Source of the DNA: Paraspadella gotoi
Lineage: Eukaryota > Animalia > Chaetognatha
Direction of reading: 5' to 3'
Assembly: GCA_051294375.1 (NCBI GenBank)
Contig: JBJCIZ010000239.1
Location: 5,305,656-5,369,655 of the forward strand
DNA length: 64,000 nt
The notes below the pieces were generated by a model that was given only the letters and a program-made list of their open reading frames with translations, did not search any database and was not told the origin of the DNA. This document shows, in pieces, positions 37,469 through 52,311 of the stretch (positions are counted from its first letter, which is position 1; every line of letters starts with the position of its first letter). A program made the translations under genes and the position numbers.

Positions 37469-37545
37469 AGCATGGCGGAGGTGTGGCATGGCGTAGCATG
37501 GCGTAGCATGGCGTAGTATGGCGTAGCATGGCGCAGGTGTGGCGT
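37469..37545 (+). repeat. 10-bp minisatellite (GCATGGCGTA)n
   Basis: Direct inspection: GCATGGCGTAGCATGGCGTAGCATGGCGTAGTATGGCGTAGCATGGCG. Confidence 0.9.
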
Positions 37546-37880
37546 TTTGAAAGGAGATCAGATATAAAAATTGTTTCTCTATTGCGAAAATAAGTCTTTA
37601 TTCGAACAAAGTTTAGCCAAACATGTCGGGATTGCTCACCGATAATATTAATTAATTAATTAATTAAATTAATCGAATTAATATTAATTATAATTTTGAT
37701 CATATGTAATAAATTAATTTTATTTAAATTCAATTTGATATATTCACTATAATTTATTTTTCTTTCGAGTCTGTCCCTTAAAATTGGGGTTGTAGGACAG
37801 TTCATTACATATATGTCTTTGTCTATACACTTTTATCAAACAAACAAATATCTCCATAATTTTTATTTTTCTGTCTCGTT

Positions 37881-37919
<39 letters not shown>

Positions 37920-39993
37920 TTCTCTCTCTTCTCCTCTTTTTTTCTCTTGGTCTCCGCTCTCTCTCTTGCTCTCTCTCTCTCTCTCTCTCCGCGTCTCGTC
38001 CTCTCTCAGCGTCTCTCTCTCTCTCTTATCATCTCAAAATCGCCCTCTCTTTTTCCACTTCCCCGCAGTTTCCTATGAAAACTTGAATTTAAGTGGGAAA
38101 ATCTTTTTTTTTGCAACTAAAAAAATTTTCGAGAGCCTCTTATGAAACCGGGTCACTATCCCGCAATTCGCATTTGGTGAGGAAAAACATGAAAATTGAC
38201 ATCTCTCTCTACTCTCTGCTCGTCTTCCCCCTCCCTACCAATCATCCTTTCTCCTCCTCTCCTCTCGCTCTTCTCCATTCCATCTCTCTCGTCTTCTTCT
38301 TCGTCCTCCAACCTTTTTNNNNNNNNNNNNNNNNNNNNNNNNNGATGGTTAAAGACTCGAAGTTTCCTTAAAATCAATCACGAGTCTTTTTTTTTTTTTT
38401 TTTTTTAAATGTTAGGAAAATAATTTTTTTTGTGAGGAAAAAACTTTGTCATGTGTTCATCGTGACTTTGTGTTCCTTGTGACACACTTTCATCTCTCTC
38501 TTTTTTGCATATTCATATTCACTCCTTGTGAGACTAACCAATGCTCATCCATGAACGACAAATAGATCAGCGACGGGTCCTGTCATCTCTTGCAACACTT
38601 GGGAGTTCTTCCTTCTGGCTGTGACTCTTTTGATCCCACAATCTCAGCACTAACCCGAAAAAACCACCTCTCCACTTCGCCCCGACCACCACAATACCAC
38701 CCAACAACTACTTTAACCGTTTAACCGATTTTCGTTTATCGTTTTTCGTTAAATTTTTCCCTCAGGGGAATAAAAAATAATCATTTTACGCTTTGAGCGA
38801 AAGAATCTTTTAATATACAATATATAATATACTTTATAAATTATACAATATACAATTTACACAACATTATAATCTGTACATCTATTATTAAATACAATAT
38901 TTTAAAAAGCAAGTTATTGATACTACGATTCATTACAGACTTTATTCATATTTTATATATATTCATAAATTCATTAAAACTTAGAAAATCCGCATCACTT
39001 CATCCTTTTTTATTTTGTGACGCATCGCGTGCATTTATAGAAAAAAAAATTAATCGAAGATACTTAACCAGACCTTTTTATAACTATTAAAGCAATTCGA
39101 CAAGCACTGCTGCAAAAAAAAACCACTCCTGCCACAGCACCTAAAAGAATCACGGCTGCTCTTCATAAACTCTTCTGAAAGATTGAGCCACAGCTCGTTG
39201 TCGGTTGACCCGACGTCATTGATAATTGGGTTGAAAGTCATAAATATTCTCGTTCTATTACAGACTAGGAACAGAAATGAGTCTCTTTCGGAAAACAGCG
39301 CCCATTTTTACCAATCCAACCGATTCATATTCTTTTCCCCGATTCCACTTTAATTTTTTTTCCCCCCGTCCGTTAATTAATTTTCCTTCAATTCAATTCT
39401 TTTCTCATTTCGATCTTTCGTCGGAAGCTTCGATCGATCGATGCGTCGACGCATCTTGTTAAAGATTCCTTTTTTTTATTTCGGTCGGTCGGTCAATCAG
39501 CGGTCGGTCGGGTTTTCTGTTGTTTTGATTTGTTGTGTTTTCTGTATTATATTTTTATATTCAATTTTTTTTAATCTAAGCTGTTTTTTTTTCTTTTCAT
39601 TATGTTCTTCTTTTCTGTTTTTCTCCACATTTTTTCTGTTTTGTTTGTTTTTCTTTTAAGTTTTTATCTGTTTTCTGTCCTTTTTTGTTGTCTTATCTTC
39701 TGATTCGTTTTATTTTTTTATTTTTTTTTTATAAGTTTTTTTTTCTGTCCTATTTTATTTTCTATTTCACGATTGTTTTAATTTCTGGTTTTTTTTTGTT
39801 TTGTTTTGCATTTTTCTTTTCTGTTTTTTCTTAAGATCAACTTTTTTCCCTCCTTTCGTCTCTCTCGTCCTCCCAAAAAAAGATTTTGATCATCGGAGGC
39901 GAAAAAATCGTCGCTTGAGACAAAAGAGAAAAAAAACAAAAAATGGGAATAAAAAAAAAAGAGTTTAAGATTTAATAAAAGTATTGAATTACA

Positions 39994-40041
<48 letters not shown>

Positions 40042-40768
40042 TAGAACTAAGATTATATAAAATACATACAATTTCCAATATATTAGAATATAAATATTGT
40101 ATATTTTCTTTAAAAAAGTAGTTTTATTCTCCCGAGTCCATCTTCAAAATATAAAATGTTTTCACTTCTCTCAAGAGACATTCTTTTTTTTTTTCGCTTT
40201 AGTTTTTTTTTATTTGTATGTCTAAAGTCTATTTATTTATGTCTATGCTTACGTTTAAAGGTTACCCTCATGCTATTTTGCATGTTGCAATGTCGCGATT
40301 GATTAAAATAAAAATCGTAATAGGGTGTAGTTATATTGTTCAGTTTTAAAAGTAGTTAAATGTCGAATTCTCGTTTGAATCTCTAAAGTAAATCATTAGT
40401 AAATATGAAGGGATAAAAATTTAAAGATTACTAAGATTGTGTAAACGAAAGACCCTTTTGACAGATTTACTCTTTTTCGAATAAAAGCTTATTTCGCAAA
40501 GAAATATTGTTTCATTGGTACTCCATCTTGTCTTTATTGTTGCTTAATTTTAGAGAGGCTTCTCATTGAAGCCATCTTGACTACCATATACGTACTATTA
40601 TTAGTTATAATTCTTCTTCCAATAAAAGTTAAACATTATAGACATTATATTGAAAAACGGTGAAATTGTCAAAAGGTTGAACAGACTGTCAACGGGGTAA
40701 ATAGGAACTAATAAATAATTGACGATAAAAAACGATTTTTTAAAGATTCAAATCTTTTAAGAAATCTA

Positions 40769-40895
<127 letters not shown>

Positions 40896-41850
40896 GACGG
40901 GCAGAATCGGCGTCCCCTTTGTTTCTATTTTTAGACGCTCGTGATCGATCGAGGGGCGAAAAAGATTGCTTTTTTTCGATCGGGGTGAGAGGGAGGAAAG
41001 GAGAGGAAAGGAGAGGAAAGGAAAGGAAGGAAGAAAGAAGAGGAAAAAAGAAAAGAGAGAGGGGAGGAAGGAAAAGAGGAGAGGGATAAAAGAAAGAAGG
41101 CAGCAAAGGATGGATTGAAAGAAAACAGATGAGGAAGGAAAGAAGGGGAGGGAGGAAGAAGAAAAAAAATAGAATTGGAAGTTAAATAAAAAGAAAAGGA
41201 TAGAAAAAATAGAATACAATTAGAAAAAAAGAAAAGAAAGCAGATTAGTAAAAATGGGATACGTTTATAGAAAAGAAATACTGAAACAATTATCTCTAGG
41301 CTCAAGTTCAAAACAAAGGAGAAAGACAGGGGATAAAAAAACGAGAAATAACAGAGGAAAGAATAGAATATGGGGTAGGATATGACGGCGATGAATGTGA
41401 AAAAGCGGAACATAATGACATCCGGGTCAGATAGGATCATATTCTGACCAGAAACTGAATGTGTTCATGGAGGACTAATGGGATGTAGTATGTTTTTTCT
41501 AAAGCCGGTTTTGATAGGAAGGTAGGAAAGTGATGACAATTTAGTGGGAGAATATGATGGGAAATCGGAAAAGGAAAGAAAGATGGGAGAAAGGAAGAAA
41601 AAAGGAAGGCAGGCAGGGCGAAACTGGAGAAAGTATGGACAAAAGGAAACGTGTCTGAATGTTGATTAAAAAAAAAGGGGTTGAGCGCTAAAGATATATA
41701 ATAAGATATATAATAAGATGTATAATAAGATATATAATAAGATGTATAATAAGATTGACGTTAAGATTTTCTTTTTTATAAGAAATCGACATCTGTGAAG
41801 GAAAGAGAGAAAATGTCACTCTCTCTCTCGTTGTCTTTCTCTTTTAGACA

Positions 41851-41884
<34 letters not shown>

Positions 41885-42117
41885 NNNNNNNNNNNNNNNN
41901 NNNNNNNNNNNNNNNNNNNNNNNNNNNNNNNNNNNNNNNNNNNNNNNNNNNNNNNNNNNNNNNNNNNNNNNNNNNNNNNNNNNNNNNNNNNNNNNNNNNN
42001 NNNNNNNNNNNNNNNNNNNNNNNNNNNNNNNNNNNNNNNNNNNNNNNNNNNNNNNNNNNNNNNNNNNNNNNNNNNNNNNNNNNNNNNNNNNNNNNNNNNN
42101 NNNNNNNNNNNNNNNNN

Positions 42118-42153
<36 letters not shown>

Positions 42154-42469
42154 AGATAATTAGCAGTATATCAAAATATAAAACTATATTTTTGAATAGT
42201 TATCATTATTATCAATTTTAAGGGTTTGGGCTCTTCAACAAGGAAATGCATAATAAAATTTTAATAAATTAATATAATAAGCCTTAAGAGACGCAAAAAA
42301 AGGAATAATAATAATTACATATCAATTATAATAAAAATGATATTTAGATTATAAACCTCCTTTTGTGGTCAGTCAGTCAAGAGTTGGTGGCACACCGGTG
42401 ATGGTGAGAACAGAACTCGAAAGCTCAGAGTTCACGCTCGTGATGTTTTGGTTTCCGAACGACCCGTCG

Positions 42470-42505
<36 letters not shown>

Positions 42506-42740
42506 NNNNNNNNNNNNNNNNNNNNNNNNNNNNNNNNNNNNNNNNNNNNNNNNNNNNNNNNNNNNNNNNNNNNNNNNNNNNNNNNNNNNNNNNNNNNNNN
42601 NNNNNNNNNNNNNNNNNNNNNNNNNNNNNNNNNNNNNNNNNNNNNNNNNNNNNNNNNNNNNNNNNNNNNNNNNNNNNNNNNNNNNNNNNNNNNNNNNNNN
42701 NNNNNNNNNNNNNNNNNNNNNNNNNNNNNNNNNNNNNNNN

Positions 42741-42776
<36 letters not shown>

Positions 42777-43555
42777 TCGATTTTGTAAAAGTTTAGAATC
42801 CTTAATTATCGTTTGCCAATTTGTTCACTTCCGTCTTTTTTAAATTAAATGTTTATATTTCAAGTATAACTATCATTACTAATTCTCATAAAAATTAAAG
42901 GACGTCTGATTGGCTTTGTTCTAAAGCCTCTCAAATAAGAATCCACAAGAAAGGATTAGAACGGACGGCACGGTCGACAGTGCTGCAACCATCGTTGATT
43001 TGAAAAAAATAACACTTTATTTGAAAAAGTAAATCTATCGAAAAGGTCTTTAGTTAACTTAAACAATTTGTTTAGTATTCTTTAATTTCTTATTCTTCCT
43101 ATTAACTAAGTACTTAGAGACTCAAACAAAATTTGTAAGTGCGCTAGTTTAAAACTAAACAATATAACTACGGCCTATTGTGATTTTATTTTTATTCGAT
43201 GGTGCTACTGCAAGATGCAAATGAGAATAAGGGTAATCATTAGACATTAACAAAGACATAGTCATGTTAAGCTTGCAAGGAACGGACGACGTTGCAAACG
43301 CATGTTTCTATGGGCGTGAAGAGAAAAAATATATTCACTGCTGCGATTCACAAACATAACATTGCAATTAATGAGTCAACTCTCGACTTTTGCAAAACAG
43401 TTTTTTTTTTTTTGTTGTTGTTTAACTATGCCCGTACATAGTTTTGTCGTTAAGATTTTTTAACGTCGCCAATAAATCATCTTTTTCTTCCGCCTCTCTT
43501 GTAGAAGCAGAGAGAGAGAGAGAGAGAGAGAGTGAGAGAGAGAGAGAGGAGAGAG

Positions 43556-43559
<4 letters not shown>

Positions 43560-43587
<28 letters not shown>

Positions 43588-46500
43588 GAGAGAGAGAGCC
43601 AGAGAGGAGTGAGAGGACTTTTGTTGTTTTTTCCACTTTTTCTGTTTATGGACGAAAGTTTGGGACCGTGTGTGTTCCTCTCTCCTCGCTCGATCCTCGG
43701 GGTCGTCGTCGTCGTCTTCCTCGTTCGTCGTTCGTCTTCCTCGTCCGTCCCATCCGCCGCTCGGTCGGCATCCTGTGGGGGAATCTACAAGGCGCCTGAG
43801 GGACAATGGGCCGAACGAAATGATTAGTTTTTCGATAAAGTGTAAGAGACTAACGCGCGTTTGAATAGAGATTATATCACAAAATTTTTGTGACAAAAAT
43901 TGGAGAAATCAGACAAGCAAATAAATAAAGCTAATGCACTTGTTTGTCTCGGCATAAATATACAGCAGACGCCTCATATTTGGTGTTGGCTTGGGTATTA
44001 GCGTCCCGCGTGTGAAGAAAGGCGGAAGGAAGGCGAAGAAAGGTCAAAGAAATTCGATGGTCGTAACGAACCGACGACGACGAACGACGAACGACGAGAC
44101 GCTCGTGATCTGGAAAGGGTGAACGCGAATCGATTCTGTAAGTTTCATGGCGCTCTGGAGAATGGCCCTAGACGATTGCGTGGGAGAGAAAGGAAAAAAC
44201 GTCGCTCCTTGCTCGGTCATCCGTAAAAATGCCAGTTTTTGCGCGCGGCACAAAGACTGGCATAGAGAAAACTGGATTTCAAGAATGGCGCCGGTGTAGC
44301 TGTTGCGAAGTGCTGTTGCTAGCGTAGCGAGAGGCAAAATCGGTGGCAATCCGTCTCCGTCGTGTCAGTGCGTGTACACATGTCGACTCAGATGAGTCGT
44401 CGAGTCGTTCCTTCGCGATCTCTGTAGAATATTGTTTTTCAAGAGAAAGGAGGTATCAGCAAAAGCTGGATCTCACTCTTTACAATCTAAATCTTTCACT
44501 CATATCGCTCTATCTATCTCTGAGTACGATCAAAAAAGCAGAAAAAAGACATATATATAAAAGAACAATGAAAGTCATGCAAATGAACGACTATCTTTCT
44601 CTGTGTCGCAGGAATGAGAGGAAAATTGGGTATACAAAAATGTTATTTTCTTTTTATACTTAGAAAACTGGAAAGCAGGCTGAGAATGAGACAAAGAGGC
44701 AAAACAGAAGGAATTGAGAACGAATGCCAGATAACGAACAGTTCTTTACTCACTGCTTCCGATACTGAAGAGAGACGTGAGAGTCGTTTCGAGTCTTTTT
44801 CCGTGTAAATACTCGTGACTCTCCGAGGTCGTCTGGTCAGAAGACGGGAAACCGCATTTGTGTGTTCTGGCCGTGTCATCGGCTTTGGTTTTCAACTGCA
44901 AAGAAGGTCCATGCTATGTAAGAAGAACAAGGTCTTTCGCTGCATCAGGAACCGCGTCTGGCTTGATCTGTTAAGTATGGGTACTGCGTGATAGATCTTT
45001 CTCGAATCAAAGCTCTAGCTCGCGATTATTCTATATAGACGCAATTGAACCTCGTTGGGTCAATGTGCATATGTTCAGTGAAGTATAAAGGAAAGATTAT
45101 TGATTATGCGTGGAAATACAAACAAAGAACAATGGATGACTACCATTCACTGTAAAACGATTATGACCTTTCGACTCAAAATGACTTTCACTCAAGTTAA
45201 TTCAACAAGATCTATACGGTTCGCAACTTTACTGATCAAACTCATCTACGAAACATTCACTTTTCTCTACTCTTGTATATATGTACCACACGACTCCTTC
45301 GTAATAGCCTCATCCCTCGGTGACGAGAGATTGGCGGCTGCGAACCGCGCTCCCCCCCTCGCCTCTAATTTTCCGTGCCCCCGGGAAAATCGTCTCCCAT
45401 CCGCCCCATTCCGCAGCGTCTTATTTCGAGTATACTGGGTTCGCCATCTCTCGGCCGCTCGATCGACAATTCGAGATAGCTTTGAGGCGAAAAAAGAGAA
45501 ATCGCCTGAGAAGAGAGCCAGTGCCAGAAACACACACACATAGTGAGAAGAGAGCCTGGGCACAAAACGTGTGCACGCGGTTTGCGGCGAGCCGTCGTTG
45601 CGGCGGCTGTCGGTGGCCTGGCGCGGCGGCGGCGGCCCAATAGGAGCGAAAAAGGTAATAAGATAGGGTAAACAGTAGTCTTAAGATGATCGTCCGCGTT
45701 ATGACGCAGCGAAAGTACAAATTGGGAACCGGAGAGAAAGTAAGTGAAAGGCTTCGAGGATCAAATGGAGACGTGGACGCTATTTATATCCATTAACTTG
45801 TTCTCCGTTGCAAAGGAAATCGGCAGGTATTGAAACCTTTTCCCTCATTTTTTTTTTACTCATATTGGACGTTTTCTCTTAATATACTTTCCTGAGAGCT
45901 TCTTATTTTTTTCGTCTCGCTCTTTTTACTTATAGATTCTATTATTCCCCTCTCCTTGTGTTTTATATATAATTTAACTATTAACAACTTTGCTATTTGA
46001 TTTACAAAATATTTAGTCATATATTTAGTCCATTTTCTCTTCTTTTCTCTCATATGTCTCACATTTCACACATCTCTCTTGCTATCTCATCCTCTCTCGC
46101 GTGTCTCTACACGAAATATATTTTCACTTCTCATCTCAATCTACTCTATCCTCTTTCGTCTCTCCCTCTCCTCTCTCTGCTATGATGTTCTCTCTTTCCT
46201 AAAATTCTGTTTTTTAATATCTCTGTGCATATCGGTGAGGCCTATTTCTTGCGCCTCTTCTTCTCTCCTCTTTTCCTCCCTCTCTCTTCTCTCTCTCCTT
46301 CTCTTTTCTCTCTCTTTCTCCTGCTCTTTTCTCTCTCCGTATTCCCTCAAAAATCTCTTCTCTCATCAGCAAGCTAGAACATCGTTCAATACGCATTCAA
46401 AATCTGTAGCCTGTTTTACTTGTGCCAAATGGAATTCGGCCAAAAACTTACCGCCCCTCATCTAATTTTTGTCATGAGATGAAGAGAGAGTAGACGAGTA

Positions 46501-49500
46501 TGCTCTACGAGAGGAGACGAGATGAGAGAGAGAACGAGAGAGGAGAAGAGAGAGGGAGAGCGCACGAGAGGGAAGAGAAGAGGAACAAGACGAGACCTCA
46601 TTCGCTCGTCTCTCTATTCTCACTTTCTTGTTGAGCCTCTATTTGTTTCCTTTCCCGTCCGCCATTCTCATAAAAACACTATATCCTCACTCTAAATTAC
46701 ATCACCGCCAAATATCTATTGCTTGAAAAAGAGCAGAACCGAAAAAGATTAAAACCGTAAGTTTGGAGTGAAACATTTGCTACAAGAAAGTAAAAATTTA
46801 TACAACTTTCCTGCTTTCCACATCCACCCAACTAAGCCAATTTTTCTTTCTCTCCACCATCTCTCTTCTCATCAATCTTACCTCCCAAAGCCTCCGACAG
46901 GCTCTCTCCGGTCTCGCCTTCTATCCTTCCCTCTCTCTCTCTCTCTCCTCTTTACTTCCTTCTCGTCTCACTTCTCTCTCTCTGTAACAAAGGTCACGCC
47001 TTCCTCAACAATCTCTCAACACTTCTGATGCAAACTCAAAGGAAACAACGAACTCCTCAGAGACCTCATCCCCAAAACCACTCCATGCCTAACAGATACT
47101 CGAAATCAATCCTAAATTCTCCTGCTCCGATCGACATCTCGCCACCATCGGTCACAATAGCGTCCTCTCTCATCCTCATTTTTTCACTTTCGTTATAAAA
47201 AACGTATGACCTAATCATTATTAATGCCTATCAAGTGCTGAAAACTGTTTAAGCCTTAACAGTTCGAAAGTTCATAACAGAAGTTTGTAAAATACTCACT
47301 CACTATAACTTTAAGCGCTTCGTTAAAAACATATTGGTCCCCATTATTTTTGCGGCATAATAACCGAACTCCGGTAATCATAACCGAACTCGGTAATAAT
47401 CGAAGCCATCAAAAAGAAAAAACCCTTTTTTCTCTTGCGCTGAATTTTTTTTTTCTTCTTTTTTTCTCCTTCCATTTAATATGGAGGTCCTCCGTCACGT
47501 TTTTTTTTTTTTACTTTAAACGAATACCTAGTCTTTAAACACGTTTCTTCCTCTAATCATCCTACCTCGGTACTCTCTCCATTTCTCTCAATCTCTCCAC
47601 TGCAATCAAATGTGCGACCATCTCTCTCCTCCATCGACCAATCTCACCTTCATGGAGTCTCCCTCTCTCAATGCCATCGATATCGAGACATCTCTCTCTC
47701 ACCAGTCGTCATAACCAATAGTCAGCCAGATCTTCACCAGTCACGAGACACTCCCCAACCGGTCTAATCTGCCGAAGCACAGATCTCCATCTCAAGCTTC
47801 CCATAACTCTCTAATCATAGCACTTCGCTGTCAAAACACGAACATACTGGCCTCTCCGTCTTAATATCAACAATCTCTCATACATCCGTACCTGAACCAC
47901 ACTAGTCGCCAATGTGGCATATACCGCTACCCATCTACCACGTTTACGATCATGTATTAAAGCCTCCGTACCAGACTCCATTACCTCCATTCCAACAATG
48001 AAAGACAAGCATACCGCGCATCAAGTGCAGCCCAAATCCCAGCATCACAGATTTACGGCAACTCTACCACCCTCATGCACAAGCCATAAAATCATCCACG
48101 CCAGCATCTAATCACTCTACTATGACCTCATGCAGCTACGACATCATCAAATCCAACCTCACACTCACACAACACACATCACACCGCACAGAACATCCTT
48201 CAAATAACCATCAGACACTCAAACCACCACCAGTAAAATAACGAAGACCGACTAAACAGATAAAAAACCAACAATACTTCAGCCAGAAGTCAACCACCAT
48301 CATGGTACTAATTTTAGAAATATACCTACTATTGAGTCGATGAATAAAAGAGTCTGGTGAATCCTCGGACTTATCGATCTTCCACGCGAACTGCACAAAT
48401 CCCTCATTTCCTTGAATATGTCAGACCAAAACACATCACCGTCAAAATCTCTATTATTCACGTCACATCATCCAAGGAACGGACGATGCATACCATGAAA
48501 GACACTGAAGCAGTATACTCTTAAAGCTACAATCCTCGCTCCAACACCATACATGACGCAATCTCTAGAAGGTAACAATCGAGTCAGCTTAAAACACGTC
48601 GTAACCACTACAATTGAACCGCATACTAAAGGCCATCAGCAACGTCCGCCCGAGCACATCTCCTCAGATCAGAGATCCTCCCATACAGTATTCTTCAATA
48701 GGCTCAGCACTCCATCACAATCACGGCTCGATCACAATCCCAAATCATACATACTAACACATAACATGATCCTCAATCTCTCCTGCTTCTCGTCTGATCC
48801 CCTCTTGTCTCCGTCTTCTCTTCCAGCGTTTCCCATAACGGGAAATTTTAATCGGTAATCGCGATTTAGCTTACCGACTATTGTTGCGGGATATTCATTT
48901 CAAAGGTCGCAAAGAAGAGAGGAGAGGAAGGAGGGAGGGAGGTAGAGAGGAGAGTAGAGAGAGGTATGAGAGAGAGATCAGAGAGAGAGGAGAGAGGGAG
49001 TAAAGAGAGGAACGAGGAGTAGAAGAGGGAGCAATATGAAAAGTAGGATATCGCCAAGGAGACAAAGGAAGAAGAGAAGAGAGGAGGAGATTTAAGTTGA
49101 AAGAGCAGGTTGAGGAGTTTAGGGAGGAGAGAGGGTGAGAGTGGTAGGCTACCATAAAACAAAACATAACACGTGACAGACATGACAAATAACATTCTTA
49201 TGCACACACTTGCATAGGAATAATATTACTACGTAAGTCTGTTCGTTCTTTAGTTTTCTTATGGAAATTTCCTGAAGGCGGCGCTCGCATCCTCCTTAAA
49301 AATTGAGGTTCTTTTTCTCACCGTCTGAAACAAATGAGCAAAGTAACTAGAGGAGAATTATATGAAAAAAATCATTTTAAGTTGGTAAGTGGGACAGATC
49401 CTAACCGCCAGGACAGACCTCGACCGATAAAAGTGACCTTATAAGAGCTTGCCTCCGCGAAAAAAAGATACTGCGCGTCGCAAAACTAAAAAAAATGAAT
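43560..49500 (+). other. Low-quality (noisy) copy of about 49526-51810 with long unalignable inserts
   Basis: Collinear matches: 43615-43740 to 49550-49690; 46420-46480 to 50308-50358; 47180-47520 to 50806-51110; 48825-49495 to 51249-51805. Matches are indel-rich and the blocks between them (about 43800-45750 and 47530-48800) have no counterpart. Confidence 0.7.
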
Positions 49501-50688
49501 NNNNNNNNNNNNNNNNNNNNNNNNNTGACGAGAGCGAGAATAGAGAGATGACTTTTGCTTGTTTTTTTTTCCACTTTTTCCTGCTTTATGGACGAAGTTG
49601 GGAGTCGTGTTGCCCCCATCCTACGCCCTGTCTTGTCCTCGTCAGTCGCTCGATCGTCGTCTTTCCTCGATTCGTTCGTCTTCCGTCCGTCGTCGATTGT
49701 TTGTCATGAAGAGAAAAATGTCTTCCTTCATCTTTCCGTCTTCATCTACATCGGAGCGAATAAAAAGAGAAGCCAAAGGAAACAATAAGCTACAGTGACG
49801 CTACTCGGGCACCGCGAATACAGAAAGGTGTTAAAATAAGTGCTTGATTTTCTTTTTACGTTAAAAACTGGACTATATTTAAAAAAAAACCGTCTACATT
49901 ACTGGCCGGACCCCTGCCTTTTTCTTCCTCCTCTTCCTCTTCTCTTCTTCCTCCTCGTTCCACTATTTCCTACTATCTCACTCCTCCTTTCCTTCTTCTT
50001 CCTCCCCTTCCTCCTCTGTCCCTCCTCTTCCCTTCCTACTTTCTCAAAATAAAGTCTGGTCAAGCATCTGCTTACTCAGCAAGCTCTTCCGAGATTCCAA
50101 GCAAACCACTCGACCGGTGGTTTCAAAATCGCCTTTATTACATTTATTAAATTAAATTAGTTAAATTATTTAAGACATTAAATGTAATACGGAAGAAATA
50201 TATATATTATATATTCCTGAAGCGCAAAATTTATTGGGTTCTTTTTTTTTCTTTTTTTTGTATTTCTCAAAACAACGAGATTAGTAAGCTAATAAAATGA
50301 GCGTTAGTTGTGCAATGGAATTGGCCAAAAATATAGCCTCATTAATTGTGTATGAGGAGCGGGACGAGAGCGAGATCGAGAGAGAGAGGAGCGGAGAAGA
50401 GAGCGAGAGCAAGAAGGAGCGGGGGAGCGAAGGGGAGAGAGACTCAGGTCGAGAGAGACTCGAGAACGATGGAGACGAGGAGAGAGGAAGCAGAGAGACG
50501 AGAGGAGAGAGAGAGCGAGAGCAGACAGACGAAATTGTATTTTTGTTGTTGCCAACAATCACTCAGCAACTATTGCTTAAGCCAAAACGAAGTTTAAACG
50601 TAAAGCCTTTGAGTGAAACACTTTTAGTAAAATTCACTCGTTTCGCTGTTTCCATCCACCCCCCATTTTTCTTTCTCTCTCTCTCTTT

Positions 50689-50748
<60 letters not shown>

Positions 50749-51125
50749 CTCTCTCCTCTCTCTCTATTTCTTTCTCTCTCTCTCTCTCTCTCTCTCTCCT
50801 CTCTCATTTTTTCACTTCGGTTAGTTAAAACGTATGACCTAATCATATTAATGCTTCAAGTGCTAAAACTGTTTAAGCCTTAACAGTTCGAAATTCATAG
50901 GAGTAAGTTTGTAAAATATCACTCACATAATTTCAGCGCTTCGTTAAAAACATATTTCCCCTTATTTTTGCGCATAATAACCGAACTCGTAATAACCGAA
51001 CTCGTAATAACCGAAGCCATAAAAAGAAAAACCTTTTTTTCTTGGCTGAATATTTTTTTTTCTTTTTTTTTTCTCCTTCCATTTAAATGAGTCTCTCACT
51101 TTTTTTTTTTTAACCATCCTCCGTT

Positions 51126-51235
<110 letters not shown>

Positions 51236-51524
51236 TTCTCTCTCTCCCGCGTTTCCATAACGGGAATTTTCGGTAATCGATTTGCTCCGACTTTGCGATC
51301 ATTCAAGGTCGCAAGAAGAGAGAGAGAAGGAGGGAGGGAGGTAGAGAGGGAGAGAGAGAGGTAGAGAGAGAGATACAGAGAGGAGGAGAGAGGGAGTAAG
51401 AGAGGAAAGAGGAGTAGAGAGGGAGATATGAAGTAGGATATGCCAAGGAGAAAAGGAAGAGAGAAGAGGAGGAGATAAGTTGGAAAGAGAGGTTGAGGAG
51501 TTAGGGAGGAGAGAGGGTGAGAGT

Positions 51525-51802
51525 GGAGGCCATAACATGACGTGACATGACATGACAATAACATTCTTTGCCACACACTGCATAGGAATTACGTCTTTCG
51601 TTCTTTATAGTTTTAGGATTTCCTGAAGGCGGCGCTCGCAGTCCCTTAAATTTGAGGTTTTTTCCCGTCTGAACAAATGAGCAGGTAACTAGAGGGGAAT
51701 TATATGAAATTTTAATGTAAGTGGGACAGACCTACCGACCGACAGACCGACCGAAAAGTGACTTATAGAGTTGCTCCGCGAGTACTCGCGTCGCAACTAA
51801 AA
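51525..51802 (-). mobile_element. HINE/DINE-1-like copy with an intact 5' palindrome
   Basis: Minus strand TTTTAGTTGCGACGCGAGTACTCGCGGAGCAACTCTATAAGTCACTTTTCGGTCGGTCTGTCGGTCGG... Related copies at about 4350-4435 (+), 5420-5505 (-), 20075-20140 (-), 49150-49490, 55143-55437, 56500-56790 and 59832-60114 (-). Confidence 0.75.
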
Positions 51803-52083
51803 ATGAATTTCTTTTTTGACATTTTCTTTTAGTAAAGTTCGCTCTCTTATATACATGATGTTTTTTTTTTCTTGATCCCATTCGATCTCCGACCTTTTAA
51901 GATCCCAATTTATCTTTTTTCCTTTTCTATTCGCTTCTCAATTTTATCATTTTCGATGAAAAATGTAAGAAATATGGAAAGTGGTACATTTTATGCTTTC
52001 AAGGATCAAGTTCGTCTAAATATATTTCTCCTCTTCATCTCTTTCTGTTTTCGTCTCCACTCCATCTAATAACTTACTTTTTT

Positions 52084-52139
<56 letters not shown>

Positions 52140-52265
52140 TATTATTATCCCTTATCATTATGGCTATGAGTAAATGCAAATTTATTTTTTACTTCTGTGA
52201 TTGCTTTTTTCTCTTTTCGTCTTTCTTTCTTTCTTTCTTTTTTTTTCTCCCTTCCCCTCTCCTCT

Positions 52266-52311
<46 letters not shown>

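Noticed and set aside
39050-39241. 63-aa Cys-containing minus-strand ORF
   Set aside because: Short and isolated, with no recognisable motif.
42375-42472. Exon-like minus-strand peptide GDGSFGNQNITSVNSELSSSVLTITGVPPTLD
   Set aside because: Preceded by (GA)n and a gap rather than a pyrimidine tract and acceptor; no recognisable homology or partner exons.
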